63,171 bases of DNA, filler included, from Octopus bimaculoides (GCF_001194135.2; 5 parts of 4 records of this genome joined end to end with filler, not necessarily neighbours in it), one strand, 5' to 3'. Positions 24,495 to 37,530 are shown, counted from the whole stretch's first letter. The notes: generated from the letters alone by a model not told the origin. Made by a program: numbers and translations.

Positions 24495-25600
24495 AATTGC
24501 TGGTAGGGACACAGTATTTCGTTTTGCAACCATAATATTCTACCAAGTTGTAGGTTTATGAGTCAATACTGTGTCCTATTTTGTGTTAGCAGCATGATTT
24601 AATCACTTTTAAGTTATCTCTACAAATTTTCTATAAGATTTAAAGTCACCACTAAAAGTTATGGTGTTTTGTATATGAATATGTCTATGTAAACAATGTA
24701 ATCGAAGATGGTAAAATAGGTAATGAGTGCATATGAATATTTTAAGAGTTATTGCTCCTTCTTCAGCACCATCTCCAACCTATTAACCATCCAAGAACAC
24801 ATTGCTTAAATAACCACTAAGTTTAGTGGTGTAACACTATTGGATAAACCAATTTAGATATTAAACACATTCCTGACAACTGGTACATACATATTAATTG
24901 CTGGTAGGGACACCATATTTCATATTGGTAGTATATTATGGTTGCCAATACAGTGTCCTTACCTGCAACTGATATGTATGTACCAAAGTGTTTTATCCAA
25001 TAGTATTACACCACCAAACTTAGTGGCTACTTGAACCATGTGTTTGTGGGTGTTTAATGGGTTGGATGTGGTGCTGAAGAATGAGCAGTAACTCCTGAAA
25101 CATGTATATACCCCTATTACCTATTTTTCTATATTTGGCTTCATTCTTTACATAGACATATTTGTAGATGAAACATCATAACTTTCAGTGCTGGCCCTAA
25201 ATTGTATAGAAAATCTGTAGAGATAACTGAAAAGTGATTAAATCACACTGTTAACACAAAAAGTTGTACATTATAAAACTTTAGTCTACTTGTTGTATAT
25301 CATGGGTTGCAAAATGAAACACAGTATCCTTACCAGCAATTAATATGCACTCACCAGTTGCCAAGAATGTGTTTAATATGTAAATTGGCTTATTCAATAG
25401 TGTTACACCACCAAACGTAGTGGCTGTTTGAGCAGCGTGTTCATGGATGGTTAATGAGTTGGATGTGGTGCCGAAAAAGAGCAGTAACCTCTGAAATATG
25501 CATATAAACCCATTACCTATTTTTCTACCTGTGATTGCATTGTTTAAATAGACATGTTCATATACAAAATATTATAATTTTCAGTGTTGGCTCTAAAATA
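24495..25600. repeat. Foldback array of a ~400-bp unit (about 1.1 forward, then about 1.75 inverted copies)
   Basis: aattgctggtagggacac occurs at 24495 and 24896 (period 401). Its reverse complement occurs at 24953 and 25324 (period 371, with a ~30-bp deletion). The inversion point is near 24928. Confidence 0.85.
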
Positions 25601-25610
25601 TATATATATG

Positions 25611-26527
25611 AAGTCACAAATGACAGAGAAATAGTTTGATGAAATTTTATTTAACAATAAGAAAATTCTAATTTCACAACAAATTGTTTCATAACTGAAA
25701 AACGTGTAAATAATTTATATTATTATATTTCATTATAAATAAATTACTTACATGCATGCATTAATGCAAAATGCAAAAACTCCTTCAAACTAATGCAGAA
25801 TTTAAGCTACATCCTCGGGTGAAAGAAAGTTTATGTAATAATTATTTCTTGAAATCATGATGGATCTCTCTTCTTATCTTGGAAGACTGTTTCATTGATT
25901 TATGCTGATTTTGTCCTCATTGTCTCCCATACTTAATGAATTTTTTTTAAATATTTACTTTTACCTTCAAATTTCTAATTTTTGAAATTTAATATTGTTC
26001 ATATTTTCTTGTTGATATCAATCCTTATAGTTAAAATATTGTCCGTAAATACTTTTATTTAGTTTTAGTTATTATTATTATATTTTTCTCTATGTTTATG
26101 ATCTTTTGTTTTCTAGATTTTCAGTAATAATATGTCTTTCTTTTATTGTACTTGTAATATCTACTAGTTACTTTTTAATTATATTACTAAAATTCCCTTC
26201 CATTTATTAGAAAATCTTATTAATTTATATCAATTTTATTATTATTGTCATCCATAATATTTTAAAAGTTTGACTTTGCATTCCTATAGGAACATTGTCA
26301 ATCTATTATTTAACAAAGACTTTCTTTCACCTGAAGACGTAACTTAAATTCTGCATTATTTTGAAGGATATTTTGCTTTAATGCAGGCATGTAAGTAATT
26401 TATTATTAAATATAATAATATAAATTATTTACCTTTTTTTTAATTATGAAACTATTTGTCATGAAATTAGAATTTTCTTATTGTTAAATAAAATTTCATC
26501 AAACTACTTCTCTGTCATTTGTGACTT
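25611..26527. mobile_element. 917-bp element with ~210-220-bp terminal inverted repeats (unclassified)
   Basis: 25611-25830 (aagtcacaaatgacagagaaatagtttgatgaaattttatttaacaataag...) is the reverse complement of 26319-26527, about 85-90% by eye. The interior is very AT-rich. Confidence 0.8.
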
Positions 26528-26650
26528 ATTGTTTTCTCTTGTATCATACTATATATTCTATATGTTTTGTGGAATGATACATTAGGGAGATTTTTTATGA
26601 GTACTACCAGATTACTTGAATCCATATATTGTGACTTAAATATATATATA

Positions 26651-28432
26651 TGTATATATAAAAAAATGAGAATGTTTGTGTGTGTGTGTGTCTGTGTGAA
26701 TCCCTAAAACTCGAGAACTACACAACCAATTTCATTCAAATTTTACACATGCCTTACTTAGGGTCCCGGTTGTGTTTTAGTCAAAAAAAACTTTTAACTT
26801 CTTGCATAGTTCAAGCCCACAGCAGCATAATATCTCCTCCACTATTTAAGTATTACGTGTCAAAAGTGAAACAAAAACACTCATGTCAAATACTTTCACN
26901 NNNNNNNNNNNNNNNNNNNNNNNNNNNNNNNNNNNNNNNNNNNNNNNNNNNNNNNNNNNNNNNNNNNNNNNNNNNNNNNNNNNNNNNNNNNNNNNNNNNN
27001 NNNNNNNNNNNNNNNNNNNNNNNNNNNNNNNNNNNNNNNNNNNNNNNNNNNNNNNNNNNNNNNNNNNNNNNNNNNNNNNNNNNNNNNNNNNNNNNNNNNN
27101 NNNNNNNNNNNNNNNNNNNNNNNNNNNNNNNNNNNNNNNNNNNNNNNNNNNNNNNNNNNNNNNNNNNNNNNNNNNNNNNNNNNNNNNNNNNNNNNNNNNN
27201 NNNNNNNNNNNNNNNNNNNNNNNNNNNNNNNNNNNNNNNNNNNNNNNNNNNNNNNNNNNNNNNNNNNNNNNNNNNNNNNNNNNNNNNNNNNNNNNNNNNN
27301 NNNNNNNNNNNNNNNNNNNNNNNNNNNNNNNNNNNNNNNNNNNNNNNNNNNNNNNNNNNNNNNNNNNNNNNNNNNNNNNNNNNNNNNNNNNNNNNNNNNN
27401 NNNNNNNNNNNNNNNNNNNNNNNNNNNNNNNNNNNNNNNNNNNNNNNNNNNNNNNNNNNNNNNNNNNNNNNNNNNNNNNNNNNNNNNNNNNNNNNNNNNN
27501 NNNNNNNNNNNNNNNNNNNNNNNNNNNNNNNNNNNNNNNNNNNNNNNNNNNNNNNNNTTACAATGTGGTGCATAAATTGTCAAGTAAATGAGACGCATCT
27601 TTGCCTCCACTGATTCACTTGCAAAGTGTTGAGTAAAATTATTTCGTTTCAGACCTCCTTTGAGTCTTTTTATTATCACTGGGTCACACATAGTCCCCAG
27701 TTGGTAACATTGATTTCAAGGCCTTCCCAGATGAGTGACTGGTTGTTCTATTGATTGTAAATTTTTTCTGCCCAGTTATCTATCGGTATAGTGGTCATTT
27801 GCAAACTCCAGAGGCGACACTTTCATTTCCCTTTACTCCAAACGTCACATGTTGTTATTTCAATTGGGTCATGCCCTTCCAATTGCTATACATCCGTAAT
27901 GCATCTTACAGCTGTACCTGTCACCTGTATGGTGAGAAATCCAACATTGGGGAGTAGTAACGACTAGACTAGGGTAGCTGACTGATTATTGTGATCATTC
28001 GTCTTTTGGTTTCCTGTAGCTTTGCCCTCTTTTACAAACCCAGTGAACATACATATATTTCCTATTTCAAAGAAATTCAAACAATACATATTACACACAA
28101 GTTAAAAAGATTCCCAACAATTCAACTTCTCTAGTTGACATTCACACACCCACCCCCAATAGGGGCCTTAACTCCCACATCTTTCAGGAGCAAAATCCTT
28201 TTTACAGGGTCCATAACACTGATATTTTGGAATATGCGCATAAAGATGAATAGTATGGGATACATGTCTCATGATTAGAATTTTTTTAGGGTGTGTTAAG
28301 AGGGAAAGAACCCTCATGTGCAATTTTGATGAAATTCGAATCATATGTATTCCAGTTCCTTACACAAAATATAAGAGAAAAGTCTCATCCTTCATTTGCA
28401 TGTGACATGGGCAACGCTGGGTATCTCTGCTA

Positions 28433-28433
<1 letters not shown>
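26651..28433 (+). mobile_element. Non-autonomous Helitron-like element (partly gapped)
   Basis: 5' end A|TGTATATATAAAAAAATGAGAATG-(GT)n-...aaaactcgagaactacacaaccaatttcattcaaattt; 3' end gggcaacgctgggtatctctgCTAG|T. It sits at an A^T target. Confidence 0.75.
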
Positions 28434-28497
<64 letters not shown>

Positions 28498-28559
28498 TAA
28501 GGCATTGCGAGACTAGTAACCTGGTGTAGAACTCAGTATATGTATGTTTCAGAACAGAG

Positions 28560-29850
28560 TGTTAGATGAGTATAGAGTGGTAATAAGAAAGAGATGACAC
28601 AAGGAAAACAATACTTAGGTTATGAACTTCATTAGCTTACTGTTTTTTCTGCTATAAGATATAGTGGACTCTTAGTTGAGTGCCTGGATAACATCCTATA
28701 GCTTCTTTGGAGCCTCAAATATGAAGTGCACTTTATTTGGGAAGAAAGAATTACTAATTTTGCAATATACAGGGAATTTTCATGTATGAGGATATACTCT
28801 TGTATTTGTCTAAGTGATGGGTCTTTTGGGTGTGTGAACAAAATGTGGATGTCTGTTCAGCCCAGTGTGCTACCATGTTGGTCTTTGCCATGTTGATAGA
28901 GTATGGACAACTGTTTCTTGTCATTATACTCTCTACTATACTCCTAGAGACACCTCCAATGTATGCCATGTTTCTGACCTTACTAACTTCTTTCATGCAC
29001 TTCATGTTGTAGACTACGTTCCTAGCTTTACAGTTAATACTGGGATTAAATTTACATATTACACATTTCTCATTAGTGCATGTGGCATTTTCTAAGGGAG
29101 TATGTCTTACATAACTGTAATCTGATGGAGCTTCTTGGATTCTCAGTGATCTTAATGTTGAGTCTGGTCTCCTTCAGAGCCTTCCTAAATCTACAGGCTA
29201 TTTTCCCATGAGCTGTGGCCTCTACAAATATCACTTCTTTATGTTTATCAACCCTGTACTTTGTGTTCACTCTGTTTGCTTTGTCACAAATTCTTTATGT
29301 ACTATTCCAACCTTTACTTCAGTATCTAGGACAGTACCCCTGGCATCATTACATATGATGTTATCTAATTTTTTTCTGGCTCTTCTGTATACTTGAATCC
29401 TGTCTTTTTGGTTGTATCCAGAGAATTGTATACAGTGCATGAAGTTCTATATGTGTCTCCTTGTTTCATTGGGTTCACATATGAGAGACACATTATTCGT
29501 TATCCTAAGTCTTCTTTAACTAGCAGTTTTCATATTGTGTGATAAGGTTGAATTCTTGTGAACAATGTATTTAGAAGCTATGGGTTTCATGTAATATGAG
29601 TAGAGGAACTGTACTCTGATGTTTACAATCTCTAACCAAAGTTCAGTATCAAAGACTGGGAGTCTATTGTTAGGGTGCCTAGTGGGGTAATCTATAGTTA
29701 CCTTTATACTTTGGTGGATGGAGTTAGGTGTGTGCTGGATGCTCTCCATCATGCTCTTCTGGGGTGGTTTTTGGTACAGTTACATTGGATTGTCCTAACT
29801 AGAATATTGATGTCATCTGCATACTTACAGTAAAGCAATACATACATACT
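28560..29850 (-). pseudogene. Penelope-like retroelement fragment (RT C-terminal part plus GIY-YIG endonuclease)
   Basis: LLYCKYADDINILV (29812-29823), NSIHQSIKVTIDYPTRHPNNRLPVFDTELW, YMKPIASKYIVHKNSTL, VIFVEATAHGKIA, YNMKCMKE...AYIGGVSRS and HPKDPSLRQIQEYILIHEN, with stops and frameshifts. Confidence 0.88.
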
Positions 29851-30234
29851 CAACAAGATCTCAAGCAGACAAATGCAGCCTCCATAACGGACTAAGTCAA
29901 AAGTCATTAAAAAGTTGCAAGTAACAACAAAAGATCTTTGACATACAAAAATAAATTAAATGACTTACTATTTAACCAAATTAAACAATCGATTGGTTGG
30001 TAGATATTTAACCAATTGAATAATGATAAAGGGGAGGAATTGAATCAGTGCATGTGTTAATATTGGCATAATGACTCTCCTTACACACATCAAAATTTGT
30101 TTCAACATATAAATTCAAGTAAAGAATCTTGCAAACCAGATACAAAAACTATTAGATTTACTAGTAGAAAAAGTATAAAAAAAAAAAAAGAAAAATTATA
30201 TGTATATATACACAGACACAAGCATTTGAAAAAA

Positions 30235-31809
30235 TGCACTGAAGCTATATTCCTGATTAGGCAACTGCAGGAGAACTGTTTAGCCAAAAATAAACCTCTG
30301 TGCCTGGCTTTCGTCAACATGGGGAAAGCCTTTGACAAAGTCCCCTGTTCCCTTATCTGGTGGTCAATACGGAAGCTAGTGGTTAGTGAGAGCAGTACAA
30401 GCCACATACAGGAATGCTGCCAGTAAGATGAAGGTTGGTAATGAGTATAGCAATGAATTCAGTGTACATGTAGGAGTTCATCAAGGTTCATTTCTCAGTC
30501 CCCTCCTTTTTATCTTAGCTTTCTAGGCCTTAACAGTGGAATTCAAGACCATCTGTCCCTGGAAGCTCCTCTACATGATGACTTTGTTCTTATAGCTGAA
30601 TCTTTACCTGACCTAGAGAAGAAATTTCAGGTGTGGAAACAAGGTCTGGAATCTAAAAGCCTTAAGGTTAATTAAACAAAAACTAAAGTCCTAGTAAGTA
30701 GGAAAACAACAAGCCCCAAGTAGCTTCTGCGAAATGGCCCTCCGCTATATGTAAGAAGGTTGTTGGTAGAAACTCCATATGTTTTACCCAGTGCAAGCTT
30801 TGGACACATAACAGGTGCAGCGCTATCAAAAAAAGGTTGGCAGAAAATCAAATGTTAGTGTGTGGCAAATGTGCAGGTACAATAAGCACTAAAGATGCAC
30901 AGACAATAGGCTCCCTCAAATGCTCAGGTGGATCATTAGAAGTAGTAGATAGCTTCTGTTACCTAGGAGACCAAGTTAACAGCGAGAGGGGAAAGTCCTG
31001 AAAGTGTAGTTGCCAGGATAGGAACAGGCTGGGCAAAGTTCAGAGAACTTCTACCTTTGTTGATAACTAAAGGTCTCTCTCTCCCTCAGAGTGAAAGGCA
31101 GATTATATGATGCTGAGTATGTACAGCTATGTTACATGGCAATGAAACACAGGCTTTGACTACAGAAGACTGCTGAGGCTTGAAAGAAATGAAGCTAGCA
31201 TGCTCTGCTGGATGGGTAATATTAGTGCACAGGCACAACGGAGTGTAAATGATTTAAAAGGAAAAGTATGTATAAGAGGCATCAGATGTTGTATCCAAGA
31301 GAGAAGACTACTGGTTTGGTCATGTGATGCGCATGGATGAGGAGAGTTGTATGAAGAAGTGCTGAGCTCTAATTGTGTAGGGAACTTGTGAAAGGGGTAG
31401 ACTCAGGAAGATGTGGGACAAAGTGGTGAGAAAGGATTTTTGGATGCTGGGCCTCACTGATGAAATGACAAAGAACTGAGAGATGTGGCGATTTGCTATA
31501 CTTGACAAGACACATCAAGCTAAGTAAAATCACTGTCTTCCACACATTCAGGCTTGTCTTTTCAGGTGCTGATGCCACTTCAAAAGCACCTGTGCCGGTT
31601 TTGCGCTAACACACCCATACTGGTGCTGTGTTAATGCACCTGTGCTGATGGCATGTAAAAAGCACCCAGCACACTCTGCTAAGTGGTTGGCATTAGGAAT
31701 GGCATCCAGCCATAGAAACCATGCCACACAGACAGTTTGAGTTTGGACAGCTTCATGTCAAACTGTCCAACCCTTGCCAGCATGGAGAGCGGACATTAAA
31801 CAATGATGA
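30235..31809 (+). pseudogene. RTE-clade LINE, 5'-truncated, decayed (RT, PHD-like insertion, 3'UTR)
   Basis: TEAIFLIRQLQENCLAKNKPLCLAFVNMGKAFDKVP, GVHQGSFLSPLLF, a frameshifted LY-DD, KTKVL, EVVDSFCYLGDQV, AKFRELLPLL and GRLRKMWD. ORF stop near 31527; 3' end catggagagcggacattaaacaatgatgac. Confidence 0.95.
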
Positions 31810-32436
31810 CACAGCCAAACACACAGCACGGAGGTATGCATCTATGTGTTTGAGTATGTGCATGTGCATATATGTTCACATATGCATTTCTTACGTATAT
31901 GTGTAAGCATATTTATACGCTTACACATATACATAATAGATGCATATCCACAGACATACATATGCACATTACATATGCACACAGAAAGAAAAGACAAAAA
32001 ATAGATGTCATTAGACAGAGACTGACCCACACATGCACAAATGTATTCATACACACACACACACACACATTATCGATAGGTACAGGTTGTCTGCTGAAGG
32101 ATCATAGGGGTCCGCTTCCATACAGGGTGCAGGCTGCACCTATGACCAGCTGGCAGAGGACTTGCCTGGGGTTTTAGACAGTAGTAACATTGATCAGCCA
32201 TATCAATGGATGATTAACTTAACTTGTTTATATATATGTACATACACACACACACACACACACACAATTACATAAATATATACATACATACACATACTTA
32301 AAATGAAACGGGGGTAGGAAATAAAGAGATAAATTCATAAAATATATATAAAGGGCACAGATACAAATAGTATAGTAAGCAAACCCATCTACACATACAA
32401 AACACATAGAGATGTATACATAAACACACAATCACA

Positions 32437-32481
<45 letters not shown>

Positions 32482-32654
32482 TGCAAATGCAAACACATGC
32501 ACAGATAAGGATATACACCATCGAAACACAGAATGGACTAAACAGAACAGGAGACATGGATGGAAAGTTGCTAATGAGAGCACAGTATGTGTGATGACAT
32601 GTTTCTAGACAATGGACACAAAATCAGAACAGTAATAAACAGTAATAAACCTGC

Positions 32655-32926
32655 TCAAGGTGTCATGGAAAGGGACTGAACCCAGAACTATTTGGTTATG
32701 AAGCAAGCTTCTTACCATACAGTCATGCCAGTGCCTACCTATATATAATTAATACATATGTATTATAATTTCAATGGAGGGAGTAAGTCAATTACATCAA
32801 CCCTCAGTGTTCAATTGGTTCTTACTTTATTGACCCCAAAAGGGGAATTTGAACTCAAAACAAAGATGGATGTGATGCTACTAAGCATCTTGCCTGATGC
32901 GCTAACAATCCTGCTAGCTCAATGCC
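32655..32926 (-). mobile_element. SINE family A head and family B copy, strongly CpG-deaminated
   Basis: gatggatgtgatgctactaagcatcttgcctgatgcgctaacaatc compared with gacagacgaaatactgctaagcttctcgcccggcgtgctaacgatt at 53180. Confidence 0.8.
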
Positions 32927-33004
32927 TTTGTTGCATTCCTGATATTACCATTTATTTTGCTTAAAATTTCCATACTAATCTGATTTCAGATTAAGTTGGA
33001 TTTT

Positions 33005-33175
33005 TTTAAAACTACATTTAGGGTTAGAAGCAAAGCTATTGTCCTTGATAGTGATAATTGCCTGATGTTTTGCTAAAGTCCAAAATCTGCTGGCAATGTT
33101 AAACCTTTCTGTCATGGCTTTCGCTTCTCTTTTAAGTTTAGTGTCATTGAACAACTGTGAATGTAGGTAATTTCC
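33005..33175 (-). pseudogene. Penelope-like (Naiad/Chlamys-type) RT N-terminal fragment
   Basis: KREAKAMTERFNIASRFWTLAKHQAIITIKDNSFASNPKC resembles the 'EAK...AKxxAFITLKDHKENFxxNPxCRLINP' motif. Confidence 0.6.
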
Positions 33176-33210
33176 TAACTCACAAAAACTCCAACGCTTC
33201 TCATATGATG

Positions 33211-33322
<112 letters not shown>

Positions 33323-34439
33323 ATACATATCTCTAAGCATTGTCAAGAAAATTGAAAAAATCAATGTTTTCAAATACATTGTATTTGTACAACCTGAGTT
33401 GCATATGCCTTCCCTTTTCACTATCAGAAATAGTGATTCAATGGCTTGCTTGTTGAAAACATGCAGGCAAAAATGCTATGGTTCAAATGTAATCTATAAT
33501 AATGTATGCCAAAACAAATTTGTGTGTCAATGTGTCACACTTTGACCCTCTCTCTCACTATTCAGTGACACTTCTAATATTCCTCATGCTGGGGTGAGAG
33601 TAATAGTAGGCATAGAGATGATGAGGACAGTAGTAGATTGACAGTTGTGATGGTAATGGGATGATAGTAATAGTATGAGCTGTAGTTGTGATAGAGGTGG
33701 AAGCGACAGTGATGATGATGGTGGTGGTAGTGGTGGTAGCCGAGGCGGTTAGGGATGATGGTGATAGTAAGCAATGTGAAAGACAGTGGTGATGGTGGTG
33801 GAGGGGAAAGTGGCAAAGTCAACGGTATTGATGGTGGTGGCATCAGAAGTCTGAGTGGTATGTGTATGGCAATGGTGGTGGTACTGGTGATGTTGATGGT
33901 TGAAAACAATCAACAGAAAGAGAAGGAGAGAGAGAGAGGTTTGACAGAAAAAAAAATTGTACTGACACCCAAATGGGAAGACAAAAAATGTTTATCCTGC
34001 AGCTTTGCAATAAGTTCCAAGTTGACAAATTATATCATTATTTTGATGAAAATTGTTCATTGCTTGAAAAATATTGGTCAAGTTTAATAAAATTCAATAT
34101 GTATTCAATGCATGAAGTGTCATTGTTGGGCCCAAGGCCCAATGAAGAGCTCTCCACAGGATCTAGCTTAAAATAAATGACACCTTGATGTTTATACTTT
34201 TGTAACAGTTTTATTTTGTAACTTATTAAGCAAATTCTTAATTTTCTTGTTCTACATTTGAATGTATTAGTTGTCATTATAAATATGATTGATGTTTTCT
34301 GGTTACTAATAAAATTGGAGGTGTTCTAAACTGTTTCCAGTTAATTCAAACTGTTTTGTGAATATTCTTAAAAACAATAACAAAAGTTGTGACTTGTTCT
34401 GGGTTTTTGCATTTTGTTAGAGATTTGTAGATATTGGTG

Positions 34440-35730
34440 TTATGTCTTTTCGTTCGGCGTCACTTTGTCCATGTCTTTTTGTCTGACGATATTTTTGTCC
34501 AACAGCTTTTTGCCCAATTTTAAATAAACTCTTTAGAAAATAAGGTGAAATATCTCTAATGATATATTTACAGAACTATAACGAACCTTGTTATAGGATT
34601 GTTATTATCATTCTTTTTCCTTCTCTTTCTTAAGTACAGTGCTGTGTATAGAGAGTGCTGCAAATTTAGTGTACACATTTTTAATTTACCCATCCCGAAA
34701 TGACAAAGTTCATAGTATCAACCTAAGACAAAACAAAAGTAGTTGATGAAAGTAATTACATCTATGATTTTCTTTCAAGCATTACAAAACTAAGTAAAGA
34801 ATACTGGAGATATGAGAAAAGAAGGCTATGTTCAATGCAAATTCACACTGTAATGGAAAGCAATGAGCTGAAAATTATTTATTTTTCTAGTGAGCACCTT
34901 CATCCAGCTGATGTAGATTCATTGAATGCTAGAAAAGCAGTTGCAGAAATAAAGCATGAAGTGGTGGAAAACATAGCATCAAGTTTGCATAGCATAATAG
35001 CAGCTAAGTTCACGCAGCTAACAGAAAATACTTACTCACAACTTCCTCATCTGCCTGTACTTTTCAGGATTATTCAAAAGTGCTGACAAAAAAATTCTAG
35101 ATTTCCCACTAATCCAGGGGCTAGAACTGGTTTTGAAATACCTATTGTAAACTTGTTAATGGCGAACAGTTTCTGAGATGCGATTCAGGTATCAAGGATC
35201 AACAGTGCATACGAGTATTTGCATCAGAAAGTGTTCTTCAAGATATAGCATCATATCATCATTGGACATTTGATAGAACATTCAAAATTGTGCTAGAACA
35301 GTGGTTTCAACTGTTTAGCATTCATGTACAAGTTAACGGTAGCAGTTTCCATGGGTCTTTGCATTACTGCCGAATAAAACAAAGCAGATATATGAATTAT
35401 TTATTGAGCAATTGAAAATTATGCAACCTAATGCATATCCCCTTGATCTCATAGCAGATTTCAAAGTTGCAGTTCATAAGGCATTTAATTAATCATTCCC
35501 TAATTCATCTATTGTGGCATGTTTGTTTCATTTGAGCCAATCAATGTTTCAAAAATTGCAGATTTAGGCCTCAAAGAAAAATACAATAAAGACTCTGAAT
35601 TCTGACTTAAAATTCGATGTTTTTCAGCATTAGCCTTCCTACCCATCGAAGATGTCAAAGAGGTCTATAAAGAATTAATAGACAATGAAGAAATACCTGC
35701 TGAATTCATTGTTTACTTCAACTTGATTTA
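34440..35730 (+). pseudogene. Mutator-like (MULE) transposon 5' part: TIR-like end, FLYWCH finger and MULE transposase, inactivated
   Basis: Repeated ttttgtcc motifs at 34440-34520. From ATG 34700: NYIYDF...YWRYEKRRLCSMQIHT...EHLHP, then WTFDRTFK, LFSIH, FALLPNKTKQIYE, ADFKVAVHKAF, VACLFHLSQS and LAFLPIEDV, with stops and frameshifts. Confidence 0.9.
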
Positions 35731-35732
35731 TA

Positions 35733-36055
35733 TAAAGCAATTAAGAGTATGAAGACCGGGAAAGCCCCCGGCCCATCAGGAATCACTGCAGAGATGCTCA
35801 AAATATCTGGCAGTGTTGGCTATAGCCTAGTCACCCGTATTACGAACCACGTGATACACAAAGGAGTCATACCCAATGACTGGTGTAGCAGCATCATAGT
35901 CAACTGCTACAAAGGTAAAGGTGACGCTTTAGATACAAATAATTACAGAGGCATCAAGCTGTTAGATCAGGTTATGAAAGTTACAGAGAGGGTCATAGCC
36001 CAACTAATTAGGGAGCGAATCAATTTAGATGAGATGCAGTTTGGGTTCGTGCCAG
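35733..36055 (+). pseudogene. RTE-clade LINE RT N-terminal fragment interrupting the MULE
   Basis: Open frame KAIKSMKTGKAPGPSGITAEMLK...IPNDWCSSIIVNCYKGKGDALDTNNYRGIKLL...DEMQFGFVP runs into the spacer. Confidence 0.93.
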
Positions 36056-36155
36056 NNNNNNNNNNNNNNNNNNNNNNNNNNNNNNNNNNNNNNNNNNNNT
36101 TAATTAATTAANNNNNNNNNNNNNNNNNNNNNNNNNNNNNNNNNNNNNNNNNNNN
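36056..36155. other. Artificial scaffold spacer 44N-TTAATTAATTAA-44N
   Basis: Same structure as at 13563. Confidence 0.95.
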
Positions 36156-37470
36156 ATCATCGCATTGTCTCTCTACTACCTCTGTCAAATGAATCACCAA
36201 AATTGGCCTTTCATTATTTATAATCTGTACCTGTTTGTTTGGTTATGAAATAAAATACACAAAACGTGTTTCTCAATTACGTGTATTTACTTTATATAGA
36301 TATGAGTTGAAAACTTTCTTCTAGCATTCCACTTAATGTCTATGTTCCATGCTGGCATGGATTGGAGAGTTATTAAGGTAGAAATATGGTATCGTAGCTA
36401 CTAACAGTTGAGGGTTGCATAGTCTAGACGGCGTTTTTAGATTTCATTATTCTCTTTAACCTGGGCAAAGCCGGGTATTTCTGCTAGTATATATATAAAA
36501 GAAAGAAAAGTGGTGGGGGTTGACGTGTAGGTGTACTTGTAAACATTAACCGATTTGGCTGGTATTCCTAGCACGTCCTGCTACCACTGAACAGGTATTT
36601 GCGAATAGCTGTTATGTGGTAGCAGCACATGCTACACTAGCCCTTACCAGTGTGCACAGTAAAATATCTGATTAAAAACAATCAAGAATTTGCAAATGTT
36701 ATTGTCGGGCCCTTGTATCATTAAAAATATCTGATCATCCGACATGTTTGCTTATATTCATGAGTGCCCGTTTTCCATGTTTTATTTTTTAGTATAAAAT
36801 ATTTAAAAATAGATGAATCTTTGTGATTTTTTGCATACTTCATTTATTTTGGATACATTTCCCATTTTCATAATTTTTTAGAAATTAGGCATCATTTTCT
36901 TGGAGAGGTGCACTACTAAAGAAGTGCCAAAAATTGTATGCATACTGTTGCATAGTCGTGGTGGGTTCAAATCTTAGGCAAATTGAGAGCAGTCTATTTA
37001 TGTTAGGGGCACAGAATTTTGAGGAAAAAATTATAAGAAAACATATCCTAAGGCAAAGAGAGCAGACATGTCAAATTTGGTGAAATTCGGTTGAAAATTG
37101 TAGGAGTAGAAGTGGTTCACACAACACAGACAGACAACTTGCCTTTTAATATATAAAATAAAACTGAGAATGTGTGTCTGTCAGTCTGTAACTGTATGAG
37201 TGTATCACTAAAACTCAAGAACTACCCAACTGATTTCATGCAAATTTTACGCATGACATACTTAGGGTCCATGCAGTGTCATGGGCCAAAAGGATTTACA
37301 ACTTCTTGCCTAATGCGAGTGTGGAGCAATCTCTTATCTCTTACACAATTTCAGTATTACGTGTCAAAAATGAAACAATAACATCTCTATTGTAATATGA
37401 GATAATACTTTCAGTTTTAATAGGTTTCACTATTAATACTTTCACTTTGTGTATATATATATATATATAT
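36156..37470. mobile_element. Cluster of Helitron-like termini and non-autonomous elements
   Basis: 3' hairpin acctgg-gcaaag-ccgggt plus CTAG at 36484-36487. A minus-strand 5'-type end lies near 37150. A second plus-strand 5' portion (37149-37470) is homologous to 26651-26900. Confidence 0.7.
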
Positions 37471-37530
37471 TAGTTCCATTTCTATTACTGTCACTATGAT
37501 ATATTTATGTATGTATATGTATGTACACAT

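Noticed and set aside
32110-32185. GAGCTYDQLAEDLPGVLD resembling the NDRG motif 'DQLAEMLPGVL'
   Set aside because: Short match, no good acceptor or donor, wrong upstream context; more likely a repeat fragment.
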